From NCBI RefSeq assembly GCF_009914755.1, contig NC_060931.1: 64,000 nt of DNA; one strand, given 5' to 3'. The notes beneath the pieces were generated by a model that made no database searches, had not been told where the DNA came from, and saw only the letters and a program-made list of their open reading frames with translations. The position numbers were made by a program, and so were the translations under genes. This stretch comes from the human T2T-CHM13v2.0 reference genome, Homo sapiens. Of the stretch, positions 42,131 through 55,297 are shown piece after piece. Positions within the stretch are counted from its first letter, which is position 1. Each line of letters begins with the position of its first letter.

Positions 42131-42769
42131 AGTGAACACCTGCTGTGGGCAAGTGGCACAGCTCTACAGGAATGGGGAGGAGGCAAGTCCTGGCCAGACC
42201 GAGGGTGGAGGCTGTTTGTCATTCTGGGGAGGCATCTTAGGACCCACATCAACAATTAGAGGCCACACCAGGTGGTGATGAAAGCGGAGAGAGCACTGGA
42301 CAAAGAGTCAGACGGCATGGTTTCCTGCTGATCCTGCCGTTTATTTATGGGTAGTTTTGGGCACATTATTTAATCGCCCTGCGTTGGATTCCTCATCTGT
42401 AAGGAATGCTTATCCTAATTATCTCATTGGGTGGTTTTGTTTAGAAAGATAATAACTAAGCTGACATGTACAGAACACTGACCACACTCAGCCTCCAGGC
42501 TAAGCCCCTAGTGAGTGTGGACCAATTATTCCACGCAGCCATCTCACGAAGCAGGGGTTTCTCTTCTCTCCCCTTTACAAAAGTGAGGAGAAGTAGCATC
42601 CGCCACCATGACTCTGGTGCTGTAGAGCCTGCCCCTTCTCACCCTCTCTCTAAGGACAGGATCTGTTCAGGTATGTTAAGGTATTCTCTTGCTTGAGAGT
42701 TCACCTATCCTCATAAGGGGACTTCGTATATCTCTGGACCTCTCAATTTTGAATTTATCTTATGACTTC

Positions 42770-43810
42770 TTTAAAAATAAATAAGTATTAAGCCCCAATG
42801 TCGTGACTGTAGGTGCCAGGCTCACAGCTAGCAATGTACACCACGGGAGACGAAGACACAGCTTCTGTTCATGTAGTTAGAGATGGACCGGGGAGGAGGG
42901 AGAGGGAACACATTCATCGCCTAATTAAACAACAATGCAAAAAACTAGCACTTAACGCTGGTCCACAGAAGAATGGGGGATTTGGTCCAGCTGCAGTGGT
43001 CATGGAGGGATTCCCCAGGGAAGTGACCACTGAGCTGGGTTCTGAAAGAAGAACAGGTCTCAACCAGTTGGGGAGAAAAGGGAGGTACCTTCTGACAGAG
43101 GGAGCAGGTGGCACCGAGGTGCCTTGTCAAGGAGAGCAAAGTGCATTCCAGGGAGCAAAGGAGGCTGACTGGATGGGGGCGCCAGGGCTGGTGGGGCCAG
43201 GGTAAGTGGATGCTCACCCTGAAATATTTAGGGGCTATTAAGGAGAAATATTTAGGGGCTAGACCTCTGGGACTTCTAAGGCTGTGTGGAACAGTTTGTC
43301 CTTATCCTAAGAGCAATTAGAAGTGACTGAAGTACTGAAACCAGAAGGTGGACATGCTTGGATTTGCATTGTGAAAACTGCTTCTCTGCAGAATGAGTTG
43401 GAATAAGGACATCTGGATGGAGATGGTCACGTTGAACGGCTGTTACTGTCATACTCGTGAGAGGTGGTGGCAGCCAAGGGTGGTGGCAGTGGAAGTGGAA
43501 AAAGCCCTCAGGGTCTAGAGATATTTAGGGGTTAAAATCAATAGGACTTGATGATGTGTTAGATATCAGGAAGAGGATGTGACAAGGGGATGTCAAGGAC
43601 AGCTGTGGAGTTTCTGGTCTTCATCATTAGATAGAATGGATTGAATTGACACTGAGCTGGGAGGACCAGGCTTGGGGCCGGTGGACAGCAAGTGAAGCAG
43701 AGATGGTTTGGTTTCCAGATTTGTTGAATTTGAGGGGCCTTTGACATATCCAAATGGAAATGTCAAGCAGAGAGTTGGATTATATGAGTTTAGTTGGGCA
43801 GAAGGCATCC
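42770..43810 (-). mobile_element. L2 LINE fragment, ~1 kb
   Basis: aaataagtattaagcc...gtgccaggc; gcttggatttgcatt; tgttgaatttgaggggcctttgacatatccaaatggaaatgtcaag. Confidence 0.75.
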
Positions 43811-43814
43811 TTTT

Positions 43815-44424
43815 TTAACTTGATATTTTGAAATAATTGTAGACTAATGAAAGTTGCAAAAATAGTGCAAGGAGACCCTTCACCCAGCTGTCCCCAGTGC
43901 TGACATCTTATCTAATTATAGATCAGCACCCAAACCAGAAAAGCCATGTAGGGACAATATTGCCACTAGACAACAGATCATGTTCAGATTTCATTATTTA
44001 TGTGCACTCATTTGTGTGTGTCCGTGTGTATTGTTCTGTGTGATTTTATCCCACATATAGATTCATGGACCCTTCACCAAAATCAGTGTTCCATCAATAC
44101 AAAGAAGCTCCCTCCTGCGACCCTCATATTCCCCTCAACACCTGTCCCTGTCCCTCTGGCAACCAGTAGTCCCATCCCTATCTCTATGCTTTTGTCATTT
44201 TTAGAATATTATATAAATGGAATTATATAGTACATAACCCATTACATACTGCCATGGACTTTTTTTTTTTTTTTTTTTTTTTTTTGCTAAGCGTAGTGCG
44301 CTTGAGATCCATCCAGGCTGTTGTATGTGTGTCAAAAGTTTCTCCTTTATCTTGTTGAGGGATATTCTACTGTGTGGCTGTACCAGAGTTTGTTTACCCA
44401 TTCACCTATTGAAAGACATTTTAG
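43815..44424 (-). mobile_element. Old L1MC/MB 3' fragment (host of the L1PB; resumes at 50994-51240)
   Basis: tattttgaaataattgtagact...agttgcaaaaatagt; tgagatccatccaggctgttgtatg; continuation ttttcatttctctgggataaatgcccaaga. Confidence 0.8.
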
Positions 44425-44997
44425 TGTTTTTTTTAAAATTTCCATAGGTTATTGGGGAACAAACAGGTGATGTTTTTTTATATGGGTATATTCTTTAGTG
44501 GTGATTTGTGAGATTTTGGTGCACCCATCACCCAAGCAATATATACTGCACCCTATTTGTAATCTTTTATCCCTCACCCCCTTCCCACCCTTTCCCTCTG
44601 AGTCCCCAAAGTCCATTGTGTCATTCTTATACCTCTGCGTTTCTCATAGCTTAGCTCCCACTTATGAGTGAGAACACATGATGTTTGGTTTTCCATTCCT
44701 GAGTACTTCACTTAGAATAATGGTCTCTAATCTCATCCAGGTTACTGTGAATGCCATTAATTCATTCCTTTCTATGGCTGAGTAGTAGTCCATCATATGC
44801 ACATATATATGACAGTTTCTTTATCCACTTGTTGATTGATGGACATTTGAGTTAGTTCCACATTTTTGCAATTGTGAATTGTGCTGCTATAAACATGCTT
44901 GTGTAAGTATCTTTTTTTGTATTATGACTTCTTTTCCTCTGGGTAGATACCCAGTAATGGTATTGCTGCATCAAATGGTAGATCTACTTTTAGTTCT

Positions 44998-47900
44998 TTA
45001 AGGAATCTCCACACTGTTTTCCATAGTGGTTGTAACTAGTTTGCATTCCCACCAGCAGTGTAGAAGTGTTTCCTGTTCACTGCGTCCATGCCAAAATCTA
45101 GTATTTTTTGATTTTTTGACTATGGCCATTCTTGCAGGAGTAAGGTGGCATTGCATTGTGGTTTTGATTTGCATTTCCCTGATCGTTAGTGATGTTGAGC
45201 ATTTTTTCCTATGTTTGTTGGCCATTTGTATACCTTCTTTTGAGGCTTGTCTGTTCATGTCTTTAGCCCAATTTTGATGGGATTTTTTTTTTCTTACTGA
45301 TTTGTTTGAGTTTGTTGTAGAGTCTGGATATTAGTCCTTTGTCAGATGTATAGATTGTGAAGATTTTCCTCCGCTCTGTGGGTTTTCTGTTTACTCTGCT
45401 GACTGTTCCTTTTGCCGTGCAAAAGCTCTTTAGTTTAATTAAGTCCCAGCTATTTATCTTCGTTTTCATTGCATTTGCTTTTGGGTTCTTGATCATGAAA
45501 TCTTTGCCTAAGCCAATGTCTAAAATGGTTTTTCCAATGTTATCTTCTAGAATTTTTATAGTTTCGGGTCTTAGATTTAAGTCCTTAATCCATCTTCAGT
45601 TGATTTTTGTATAAGGTGAGAGATGTGGAATCCAGTTTCATTCTACATGTGGCTAGCCAATTATTCCATCAGCATTTGTTGAAAAGGGTGTCCTTTGCCC
45701 ACTTTATGTTTTTGTTTGCTTTGTCGAAGATCAGTTGGCTGTAAGTATTTGGGTTTATTTCTGGGTTCTCTATTTTGTTCCATTGGTCTATGTGCCTATT
45801 TTTACCAGTACCATGCTCTTTTGGTGACTATGGCCTTACAGTATAGTTTGAAATTGGGCAATGTGATGCCTCCAGATTTGTTTTTGTTGCTTACTCTTGC
45901 TTTAGCTATGTGGGCTCTTTTTTGGTTCCATATGAATTTTAGAATTGTTTTTTCTAATTCTATGAAGAATAATGGAGGTATTTTGATGGGAATTGCATTG
46001 AATTTGTAGGTTGCTTTTGGCAGTATGGTCATTTTCACAGTATTGATTCTACCCATTCATGAGCATGGGATGTGTTTCCGTTTGCTTGTGTTGTCTATGA
46101 TGTCTTTCAGCAGTGTTTTATAGTTTTTCTTGTAGAGATCTTTTACCTCCTTGGTTAGGTACACTTCTAAATTTTTTTTTTTTTTTTGCAACTATTCTAA
46201 AGGGGGTTGAGTTTTTGAGTTGATTCTCAGCTTGGTTGCTGTTGGTGTATAGAAAAGCTACCAATTTGTGTACATTAATTTCGTACTGGAAACTTTGCTG
46301 AATTCTTTTATCAGTTCTAGGAGTTTTCTGGAGGAGTCTTTAGGGTTTTCTAGGAAGACAATCATATCGTCAGCAAATAATGACGGTTTGATTTCCTCTT
46401 TGTGTCGTCACACAAAGATTTGGGTGCCCTTTATTTCTTTCTCTTGTCTGATTGCTCTGCCTAGGACTTCCAGAAATATGTTGAAGAAGAGTGGGGAGAG
46501 TGGGAGTCCTTGTCTTGTTCCAATTCTTAGAAGGAATGCTTTCAACTTTTCCCCATTCAGTATTATGTTGGCTGTGGGTTTGTCACAGATGGCTTTTATT
46601 ACATTAAGGTACGTCTTTTGTGTGCTGATTTTGTTGAGAGTTTTAATCATAAAGCGATGCTGGATTTTGTCAAATGCTTTTTCTGCATCTATTGAGATGA
46701 TCATGTGATTTTTGTTTTTAATTCTGTTTATGTGGTGTATCACATTTGTTGACTTCTGTATGTTAAACCATCCCTGCATACCTGATATGAAACCCACTTG
46801 ATCATGGTGAATTATATTTTTGATATATTGTTGGATTTGGTTAGCTGGTATTTTGTTAAGGATGTTAGTATCTAAGTTTATTAGGGATATTGGTCTATAG
46901 TTTTCTTTTTTGGTTATGTCCTTTCCTGGTTTTGGTATTAGGGTGATACTGGCTTTATAGAATGATTTAGGGAGGGTTCTGTCTTTCTCTGTCTTGTGGA
47001 ACAGTGTCAATAGGTTTGGTACCAATTCTTCTTTGAATGTCTGGTAGAATTCTGCTGTGAATTGGTCTGGTCCTGGACTTTTTTTCTTTGTAATTTTAAA
47101 ATTACCATTTCAATCTTGCTGCTTGTTATTGGTTTGTTCAGGGTATCTAATTCTTCCTGATTTAAGCTAGGAAGGTTGTACCTTTCCAGGAATTTATCCA
47201 TCTCTTCTAGCTTTTCTAGTTTATGCCTGTAAAGGTGTTCATAGTAGCCTTGAATGATCTTTTGTATTTCTGTGATGTCAGTTGTAGTATCTCCCATTTT
47301 GTTTCTTATTGAACTTATTTGAATTTTCTCTCATCCTGGCTAATCTTGCCAATGGTCTATCATTTTATTTATCTTTTCAAAGAACCAGCTTTTTGTTTCA
47401 TTTATCCTTTGCATTTTTTTTTTTGGTTTCAATTTCACTTAGTTCTGCTCTGATCTTGGTTATTTCCTTTCTTCTACTGGGTTTGGGTTTTGTTTTTTCT
47501 TGTTTCTCTAATTCCTTGAGATGTGACCTTAGATTGTCCGTTTGTGCTCTTTCAGACTTTTTGATGTAGGTGTTTAGGGCTATGAACACTCCTTTTAGCA
47601 CTGTCTTTGCTGTATCCCAGAGGTTTTGATAGGTTGTGTCACTATTGTCATTCAGTGTGAAGAACTGTTTGATTTCCATCTTGATTTCATTTTTGACCTA
47701 GTGATCATTCAGGAGCAGGTTATTTGATTTCTATGTATTTGGATGATTTTCAAGCTTCCTTTTGGAGTTGATTTCCAGTTTTATTTCACTGTGGTCTCAG
47801 AGAGTGCTTGATATCATTTCAATTTTCTTAAATTTATTGAAGCTCATTTTGTGGCCTATCATATTGTCTATCTTGGAGAAAGTTCCTTGCGCCATTGAAT

Positions 47901-48400
47901 AGAATATGTATTCTGCAGTTGTTGGATGGAATGTTCTGTATATATCTGTTAAGTCCATTTGTTCCAGGGTATAGTTTAAATCCATCATTTCTTTGTTGGC
48001 TTTCTGTCTTGATGACCTGTCTAGTGCTGTCAGTGGAGTACTGAAGTTCCCCACTATTATTGTGTTGCTGTCTATCTCATTTCTTAGGTCTACTAGTAAT
48101 ATCTTCATAAATTTGGGAGCTCTGGTGTTACGTGCATATATGTTTAGGATTGTGATATTTTCCTGTTGGACAAGCCCTTTTATCATTATATAATGTCTCT
48201 CTTTGCCTTTTTTAACTGCTGTTGCTTTAAAGTTTGTTTTGTCTGATACAAGAATATCTACTTCTGCTCGCTTTTGGTGTCCATTTGCATGAAATGTCTT
48301 TTTCCACCCCTTTACCTTAAGTTTATATGAGTCCTTATTATGTGTTAGGTGAGTCTCTTGAAGGCAGTGGATGGTTGGTGAGTTCTTATCCATTATACAA
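44998..48400 (-). pseudogene. Disrupted L1 ORF2 (APE endonuclease, reverse transcriptase, C-terminal fragments)
   Basis: CLQETHL...TFSKIDNMIGHK (47797-48393); [12 protein letters not shown]...[17 protein letters not shown]...GTRQG.PLSPL (46408-47025); HCWWECKLV; multiple stops and frameshifts. Confidence 0.93.
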
Positions 48401-48559
48401 TTCTGTGTCTTTTAAGTGGAGCATTTAGGCCATTTGCATTCAATGTTAGTATTGAGATCTGAGGGACCATTGTATTCGTCATGCTCTTCGTTGCCTGTAT
48501 ACTTATTTTTTTGTTTTTGTTTTTCAAACTGTATTTTTGTTTTATAGATCCTGTGAGAT

Positions 48560-49541
48560 TTATGCTTTAAAGAGATTCTGTTTTGATGTGTTTCCAGGAT
48601 TTGTTTCAAGATTTAGAGCTCCTTTTAGCAGTTCTTGTAGTGGTTGCTTGGTAGTGGCAAATTCTCTCAGCATTTGTTCTTCTGAAAAAGACTGTATCTT
48701 TCCTTCATATACGAAGCTTAGTTTCACTGGATAAAAAATTTTTGGCTGATAATTGTTTTGTTTGAGGAGGCTGAAGATAGGACCCCAATCCTTTCTAGCT
48801 TGTAGGGTTTCTCCTGAGAAGTCTGCTGTTATTCTGATAGGTTTTCCTTTATAGGTTACCTGGTGCTTCTGTCTCACAGCTCTTAAGATTCTTCCCTTTG
48901 TCTTAACTTTAGATCACTTTATGACAATGTGCCTAGGCAATGATCTTTTTGTGATGAATTTCCCAGGTGTTTTTTGTGCTTCTTGTATTTGGATGTCTTG
49001 GTCTTTAGCAAGGCTGGAGAAGTTTTCCTCGATTATTGCCTCAAATATGTTTTCCAAACTTTTAGATTTCTCTTCTTCCTCAGGAATACCAATTATTCTT
49101 AGGTTTGGTTGTTTAATGTAATCTCAAACTTCTTGGAGGCTTTGTTCATATTTTCCTATTATTTTTTCTTTGTCTTTGTTGGATTGGGTTAATTCAAATA
49201 CCTTGTCTTTGAGCTCTGAATTTCTTTATTCTACTTGTTTGATTCTATTGCTGAGACTGCAGAGCATTTTGCATTTCTATAAGGGTATCCATTGTTTCTT
49301 GAAGTTTTGATTGTTTTATATTTATAGTATGTATTTCACTAAATATTTCTCCCTTCACTTCATGTGTCATTTTTTGGATTTCCTTACATTGGGCTTCACT
49401 TTTCTCTGGTGCCTCCCTGATCAGCTTAATAACTAACCTCCTGAATTCTTTTTCAGGTAAATTAGGGATTTCTTGGTTTGGATTCATTGCTGGTGAGTTA
49501 CTGTGATTTTTTGGGGCTGTTAAAGAACCTCCTTTTGTCAT
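48560..49541 (-). pseudogene. Disrupted L1 ORF1
   Basis: QVTYKGKPIRITADFSGETLQARKDWGPIFSLLKQNNYQPKIFYPVKLSF; EIPNLPEKEFRRLVIKLIRE. Confidence 0.9.
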
Positions 49542-51574
49542 ATTACCACGGTTGGCTTTCTGGTTTCTTCTTATTTGGGTAGGCCCTGTCAGAGGGAAGG
49601 TCTAGGGCTGAAGGCTGTTGTTCAGATTTTTTGTCCCATGGGGTATTCCCTTGATGTAGTACTCCCCCCATTTTCCTTGGGATATGGCTTCCTGAAAGCC
49701 AAGCTGTCGTGATTGTTGTCTCTCTTCTGGATCCAGTCACCCAGCAAGTCTACCAGGCTCTGGGCCGGTACTGGGGGTTGTCTGCACAGAGTCCTGTGAT
49801 GTGAACCATCTTGTGGTTCTCTCAGCTGTGGATACCAGCACCTGTTCTGGTGGAGGTGGCATGGAGGTGAAATGGACTCTGTGAGGGTTCTTAGCTTTGG
49901 TGGTTTAATGCATTATTTTTGTGCTGGTTGGCCTCCTGCCAGGAGGTGGCACTTTCCAGAGAACATCAGCTATGGTATTATGGGGAGGAACAGGAGGTGG
50001 GCAGGGCCCTAGAACTCCCAAGAGTATATGCCCTTGTCTTCAGTTACCAGAGTGGGTAGGGAAGGACCATTGGGTGGGGGCACGGCTAGTCATGTCTGAG
50101 CTCAGACTCTCCTTGGGTGAGTCTTGCTGTGGCTGCTGTGGGAGATGGGGGTGACATTCCCGGGTCAATGGAGTTATGTTCCTAGGAGGATTATGGCTGC
50201 CTTTATTGTGTCGTGCAGGTTGTCAGGGAAGTGAGGGAGAGCCAGCAGTCACAGGCCTCACCCAGCTCCCAAAGAATCCGAAGGCCTGGTCTCACTCCCA
50301 CTGTGCCCCTCACCAACAGCACTGAGTCGGTTTCCAGACAGTGGGCAAGCAGGGCAGAGAACTTGCCCCAGGCTACCCACCTCCCAGCTGTGAATGCAAG
50401 TATGGCTTTGCTTCTTCCCCTGCTTGTGGAGTCTGCACACCGGATTCATACCCTCCCCCAAGTTCTGGCCAGGACACTTCTTGATCAGTTCAAACTGTTA
50501 CAAAGTTCAGCTGAAGATTCCCTTCTCCCTGTGGCCTTTTACTAGTGCCTCTGGCCACCCTGCTGAAGGACCCCTGTGAGGCCAGGCAGAAATGGTTTGC
50601 TAGGGGACCCAGTGAGCTCACAGGGCTTTTGCCGCTGCTTCCTCTACCCCTGTATTTTGCTCAGCTCTCTAAATTGACTCAGCTCCAGGCAGGGTCAGAA
50701 TCTTCTCCTGTAATCTAGACCTTCAGTTTCCCCACTAGGGGTGTGTATGTGGCGGCAGATGATCTCCCTTTCCCACTTCCACAGTTTGGGCACTCACTGT
50801 ATTTGGGGTGTCTCCCGGGTCCTGCAGGAGCCATCCACTTCCTTCAGAGGGTCTGTGGGTCCTCTTGGGTTTCCTGATTTATTCCTGCAGTCGTCCTGGA
50901 GCAAAAATTCACAGTGTGAGCTTCCATATGCTGCTCTGTCTGTCCAAGTCAGAGCTGCAATCTAGTCCTGCCTCCTGTCTGCCATGCTCCCTCCATTTTA
51001 GGTTTTTGCTATTATAAGTAACACTGGTATGAACACTTCCATACAAGTTTCTTTGTGTGAACATGTTTTCATTTCTCTGGGATAAATGCCCAAGAATATG
51101 TTTTTTGGGTTATGTGATATGTGCATGTTTAGTTTTATAAGAAATGGCTCAAACATTTTCCAGAGTGGCTGTATGGTTTATGTTACCACCAGTAATAAGG
51201 TTGTTCCCAGTTTCTCTGCATCCTCATCAGCATTTGGATTGGAATGGGTTCTCTGCTCCCACAGGATGGAAAACAACTTTCCTCCCCTATTCCAAATTTC
51301 CAGAGATAGAGACTAGAGAGAAAGGGATAGAAAGTGGACCTGCAATTACACAGTTAAAAAAACTTCAAATAATATTGAAATAAATATTTTTGTACATAGA
51401 CTTCTTTGTTGTTTATTTAGTTATCACAGTGGTTAGGTACAAGACTTCCAAGTACTACTTTTTACCTTCTCTGCACTCTTTTCTCCCATCTGTGGGCTAC
51501 CCCTGCTTAGGGGCTTACCTTAATCTTGCTAGGGTGGTAGGAGAGTGTCAGGGAAGTTATGGCTACCTCTCCCT

Positions 51575-51890
51575 CCACCACTACTGCTACTGCCACTATT
51601 ACCATTACTGCCACTACCACTACCATTGCTGCTACATACTAAAATCACTACTACCATTACTACCACCCCATAACAACTCTTACCACCACCATTCCTACTA
51701 TCATTACTCCTACCATTTCTATCACTACTACTACAACTGTTACCACCACCACTACCACTGTCGCCACTATTACCATCCTCATGACTACTACCACTACCAT
51801 GCTGCCACTACTCCCTCTACTACTGCCATTACCTTTGCCACTACTACTACCGTTGTTACCATGATCACTCCTCACACCAGCACAACCACC
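51575..51890. repeat. Imperfect (CTA/CCA)n trinucleotide array (expanded tail next to a MIR at ~51890-52020)
   Basis: Direct reading. Confidence 0.88.
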
Positions 51891-52069
51891 ACGAGTGTTT
51901 GCCGTGAGTCAGACACTCTGCTGAACATTTACAGTATCTGATCACATTTACTCCTCATGGCAACTCTACAGTAATTTATCATTTCCAGGTTAAAGGTAAG
52001 GAACCTGGGGTTTCAAGGATTCCTCTTGAGTTCAGCATCAAATTGGCACCACTGTTGGCTCCACTCTGA

Positions 52070-52840
52070 ATTTTAAAATAATTTTGATTTTAGATTCGGG
52101 GCACATGTGCTTGTTTGTTACATGGGTTCTGCATGCATAATGGCAGGGTTTGGGCTTCTAGTGTACTCCTCACCCAAGTACTGGACATTGTACTGAGTAG
52201 GTAACTCTTCAACCCTCACCCCCCTCACCCCCCTCACTCTCTCAGTGAGGGGTCACTGAGACTCAGAGTCTATTTTCTCCATCTTTATGTCCATGTGTAC
52301 CTTTTGTTGAGCTCCCACTTAGAGGTGAGAAACTTGTGATATTTGATTTTCTGTTTCTGTGATAGTTCACTTTTTACAATAATGGCTTCCAGCTCCATCT
52401 GTGTTGCTGCAAAGGACATGATTACATTCTTTTTTTATGGCTGTGTAGTGTTTTATGGTGTATATATATTACATTTTCTTTATCCAGTCAACCATTGATG
52501 GACACTTAGATTGGTTCCATGACTTTGCTTTTGTGAATAGTGCTGCAATAAACACACGGGTGCAGGTGTCTTTTTTATATAATGACTTCTTTCCTTTGGG
52601 TTGATGCCCAGTAGTGGGATTGCTGGATCAAACGGAAGTTCTATTTTTAGTTCTTTGAGAAATCTCTATACTGTTTTCGTAGGGGTTGTACTAACTTACA
52701 TTCTTGCCAACAGTGTATGAGTGTTCCCTTTTCTCTGCATCCATGCCAACATCTGTTGTTTTCTGACTTTAATAAAAACCATTCTGACAGATGTTAGATG
52801 GTATTTCAGTGTGGTTTTGCTTTGCATCTCTCTGACAATC
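52070..52840 (-). mobile_element. Truncated old primate L1 3' end (about L1PA15-17)
   Basis: ttttagattcggggcacatgtgcttgtttgttacatgg; agctccatctgtgttgctgcaaaggacatg; cccagtagtgggattgctggatcaaa. Confidence 0.85.
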
Positions 52841-53769
52841 ATCCCCGTTGACTTCGGTACCCAGTAGCTGACTTGCCGTCTTACTCCCTTGGCCAGTTTC
52901 CTTCAATCCTTAGCTTGTAAACTCATCTCTTCCTCCCTCCGACCCCCATCCATCCTCTAGGACTGACAGGGCATCTCTCAGGTGCTAGGCTCTGTCAGCT
53001 CTCAATGAGCCTTAGTCTGGAGAAAGTCTCCTGGGGAAGAACCCATCAGGACAGTGACCACAGTGACCACAGTGAGGGTGTAAGTAAGGGCGACACATGC
53101 AGCAGGCTCCACACCTCTGCTCCCTGGTACTGCCTGTCCTGCCTTGCACTCTGGTCTTTTGAAGAAACCGATTTCTCTCAATAACTGAATTTTTAATTAC
53201 CTTCTGGAATTCCGGTTTTCCTTGCTGACTTCCTGTCCTTATCTCTTCAAGATAAGACTTCAAGTCTTATCTGACTTGCTGATTGAACCATCTCCTAGCT
53301 CTGGAGCTAGGAGATGGAAAAACGATATTAACTTTATGTGCTTGGAACATAAAGCATATTAACAATTATCATTTTTATTTTATTTTTTAAAAAGTTGGAC
53401 CAAAATATTAACATTTAAATAATTGCAAACATATTTATTATAATTTACAGATTAGTTAGTTATACACACAAATATAATTTTAGTTATAAAATCCCAACAA
53501 AATAGTTACATTTAAATCACTGGATGTGTAGAAGCCAATTTAGAAGTCTTCTGGTCCCCTAAGTTCACCATCCTTAAATTATAAAAAAAAAAAAAAAAAA
53601 GTGATCATTTTGATTTCAAGTGAAAGATGAGGAGGTGTTGTTATCACATTTCATCATTCAAAAATGAAAATTTTATCTATCTGTACGAAGCCGTTCACAG
53701 CCTACATGGACACTTAAAGCACCATTGCAAGATTTCAAATGTGTAAAATATTTAATTAAAACCTCCAAG

Positions 53770-54194
<425 letters not shown>

Positions 54195-54271
54195 TTATAA
54201 AGGAGAGTAGTATATGGAAGAATTCTTAACCAAGTGTTTGCCCATTTTGTAGTGAGGTTGGAATCCCATGG

Positions 54272-54633
54272 CGATATGGTTTGCTGTGTCCCCACCCAAA
54301 TCTCATCTTGAATTATAACTCCCATAATCCCCACATGTCATGGGAGGGACCCTGTGGGAGGTAATTGAATCATAAGGGCGGGGCTTTCCTGTGTTTTCTT
54401 GTGATAGTGAATGTCTCATGGGATCCTATGTTGTTTTATAAAGGGCAGTTCCCCTGCACACGCTCTTTTGCCTGCTGCCATGTAAGACATACCTTTGCTT
54501 CTCCTTTGCCTTCCACCATGATTGTGAGGCCTCCCCAGCCACGTGGAACTGTGAGTTCATTAAACCTCTTTTTCTTTATAAATTACTCCATCTCTAGTAT
54601 GTCTTTATAGCAGTGTGAGAATGGACTAATACA
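54272..54633 (+). mobile_element. THE1D-like LTR
   Basis: gatatggtttgctgtgtccccacccaaatctcatcttg ... gtgagaatggactaataca; perfect TSD catgg. Confidence 0.9.
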
Positions 54634-55248
54634 CATGGGGAACAATTTTCCAAAATCCAATGAAAAATGTCCCATTATTTTCAAATATGCAGAGGTGCTA
54701 GATTTCAGAAACACAAAATACAACCTAAGTCCCTGAAATAAAATAGTATGCTTTAGCATGTTTTAAAAGAAAGTGTGTGCATTGTCAGAAAGCTTTTCTC
54801 AAGGCAAATGATGTGAGCTTTCCGACTAACATAGCTGGTGCTGCAAAGTAGACGGTTTCCAGGGTATGATAGCAGACTCTGTAAATGCATTCCCTGTCAT
54901 TACCTAGGAGGGCCATAACACACCTAGAATAAAGGCTCTGAGAAATCTGACCAACTCTTGTGGTGCTGCACTCTCTGTGTGTTTCTGTATGGGCACGTAA
55001 ACACTGGAGGCAGTTCTTAGGGCAAACCAGATAGAAATAAAATCATGACCAGGTAGATTACAAAGTGAGGTGCCAACCCCGCAGGCAGTTAGGATGAAAA
55101 ATCCATCACCACACTGAAATAAGCTCAAAGTTAAGGTCGTCTATTTTAACAAATATAGTTTGTAATGAATGAATGAAACTCTCTTGACTCCATGTTCTAA
55201 GTTGACTTTTACAGAATCTCTGGATTCTGCTAATGACACTGATTCCCA

Positions 55249-55297
55249 TCGGCCCTTCCCCGCCTCGGCCCTTCCCCGCCTCGGCCCTTCCCCACCT
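55249..55297. repeat. 16-bp minisatellite (tcggcccttccccgcc) x3
   Basis: Direct reading; third copy has one change. Confidence 0.9.

Larger units (their letters stand above)
44425..50993 (-). mobile_element. Full-length, inactive L1PB1-like LINE-1 with L1PBa-type 5'UTR (~6.6 kb)
   Basis: 3' end ttccataggttattgggg...gtggtgatttgtgagattttggtgcacc; 5' end gctgcaatctagtcctgcctcctgtctgccatg; TSD-like cattttag (44417-44424 / 50994-51001); ORF1/ORF2 fragments in the correct order. Confidence 0.93.

Noticed and set aside
44425-50993. Active LINE-1
   Set aside because: Both ORFs are broken by many stops and frameshifts; old subfamily.
51390-51941. 183-aa Tyr/His/Thr-rich ORF
   Set aside because: Runs through the CTA/CCA low-complexity array.
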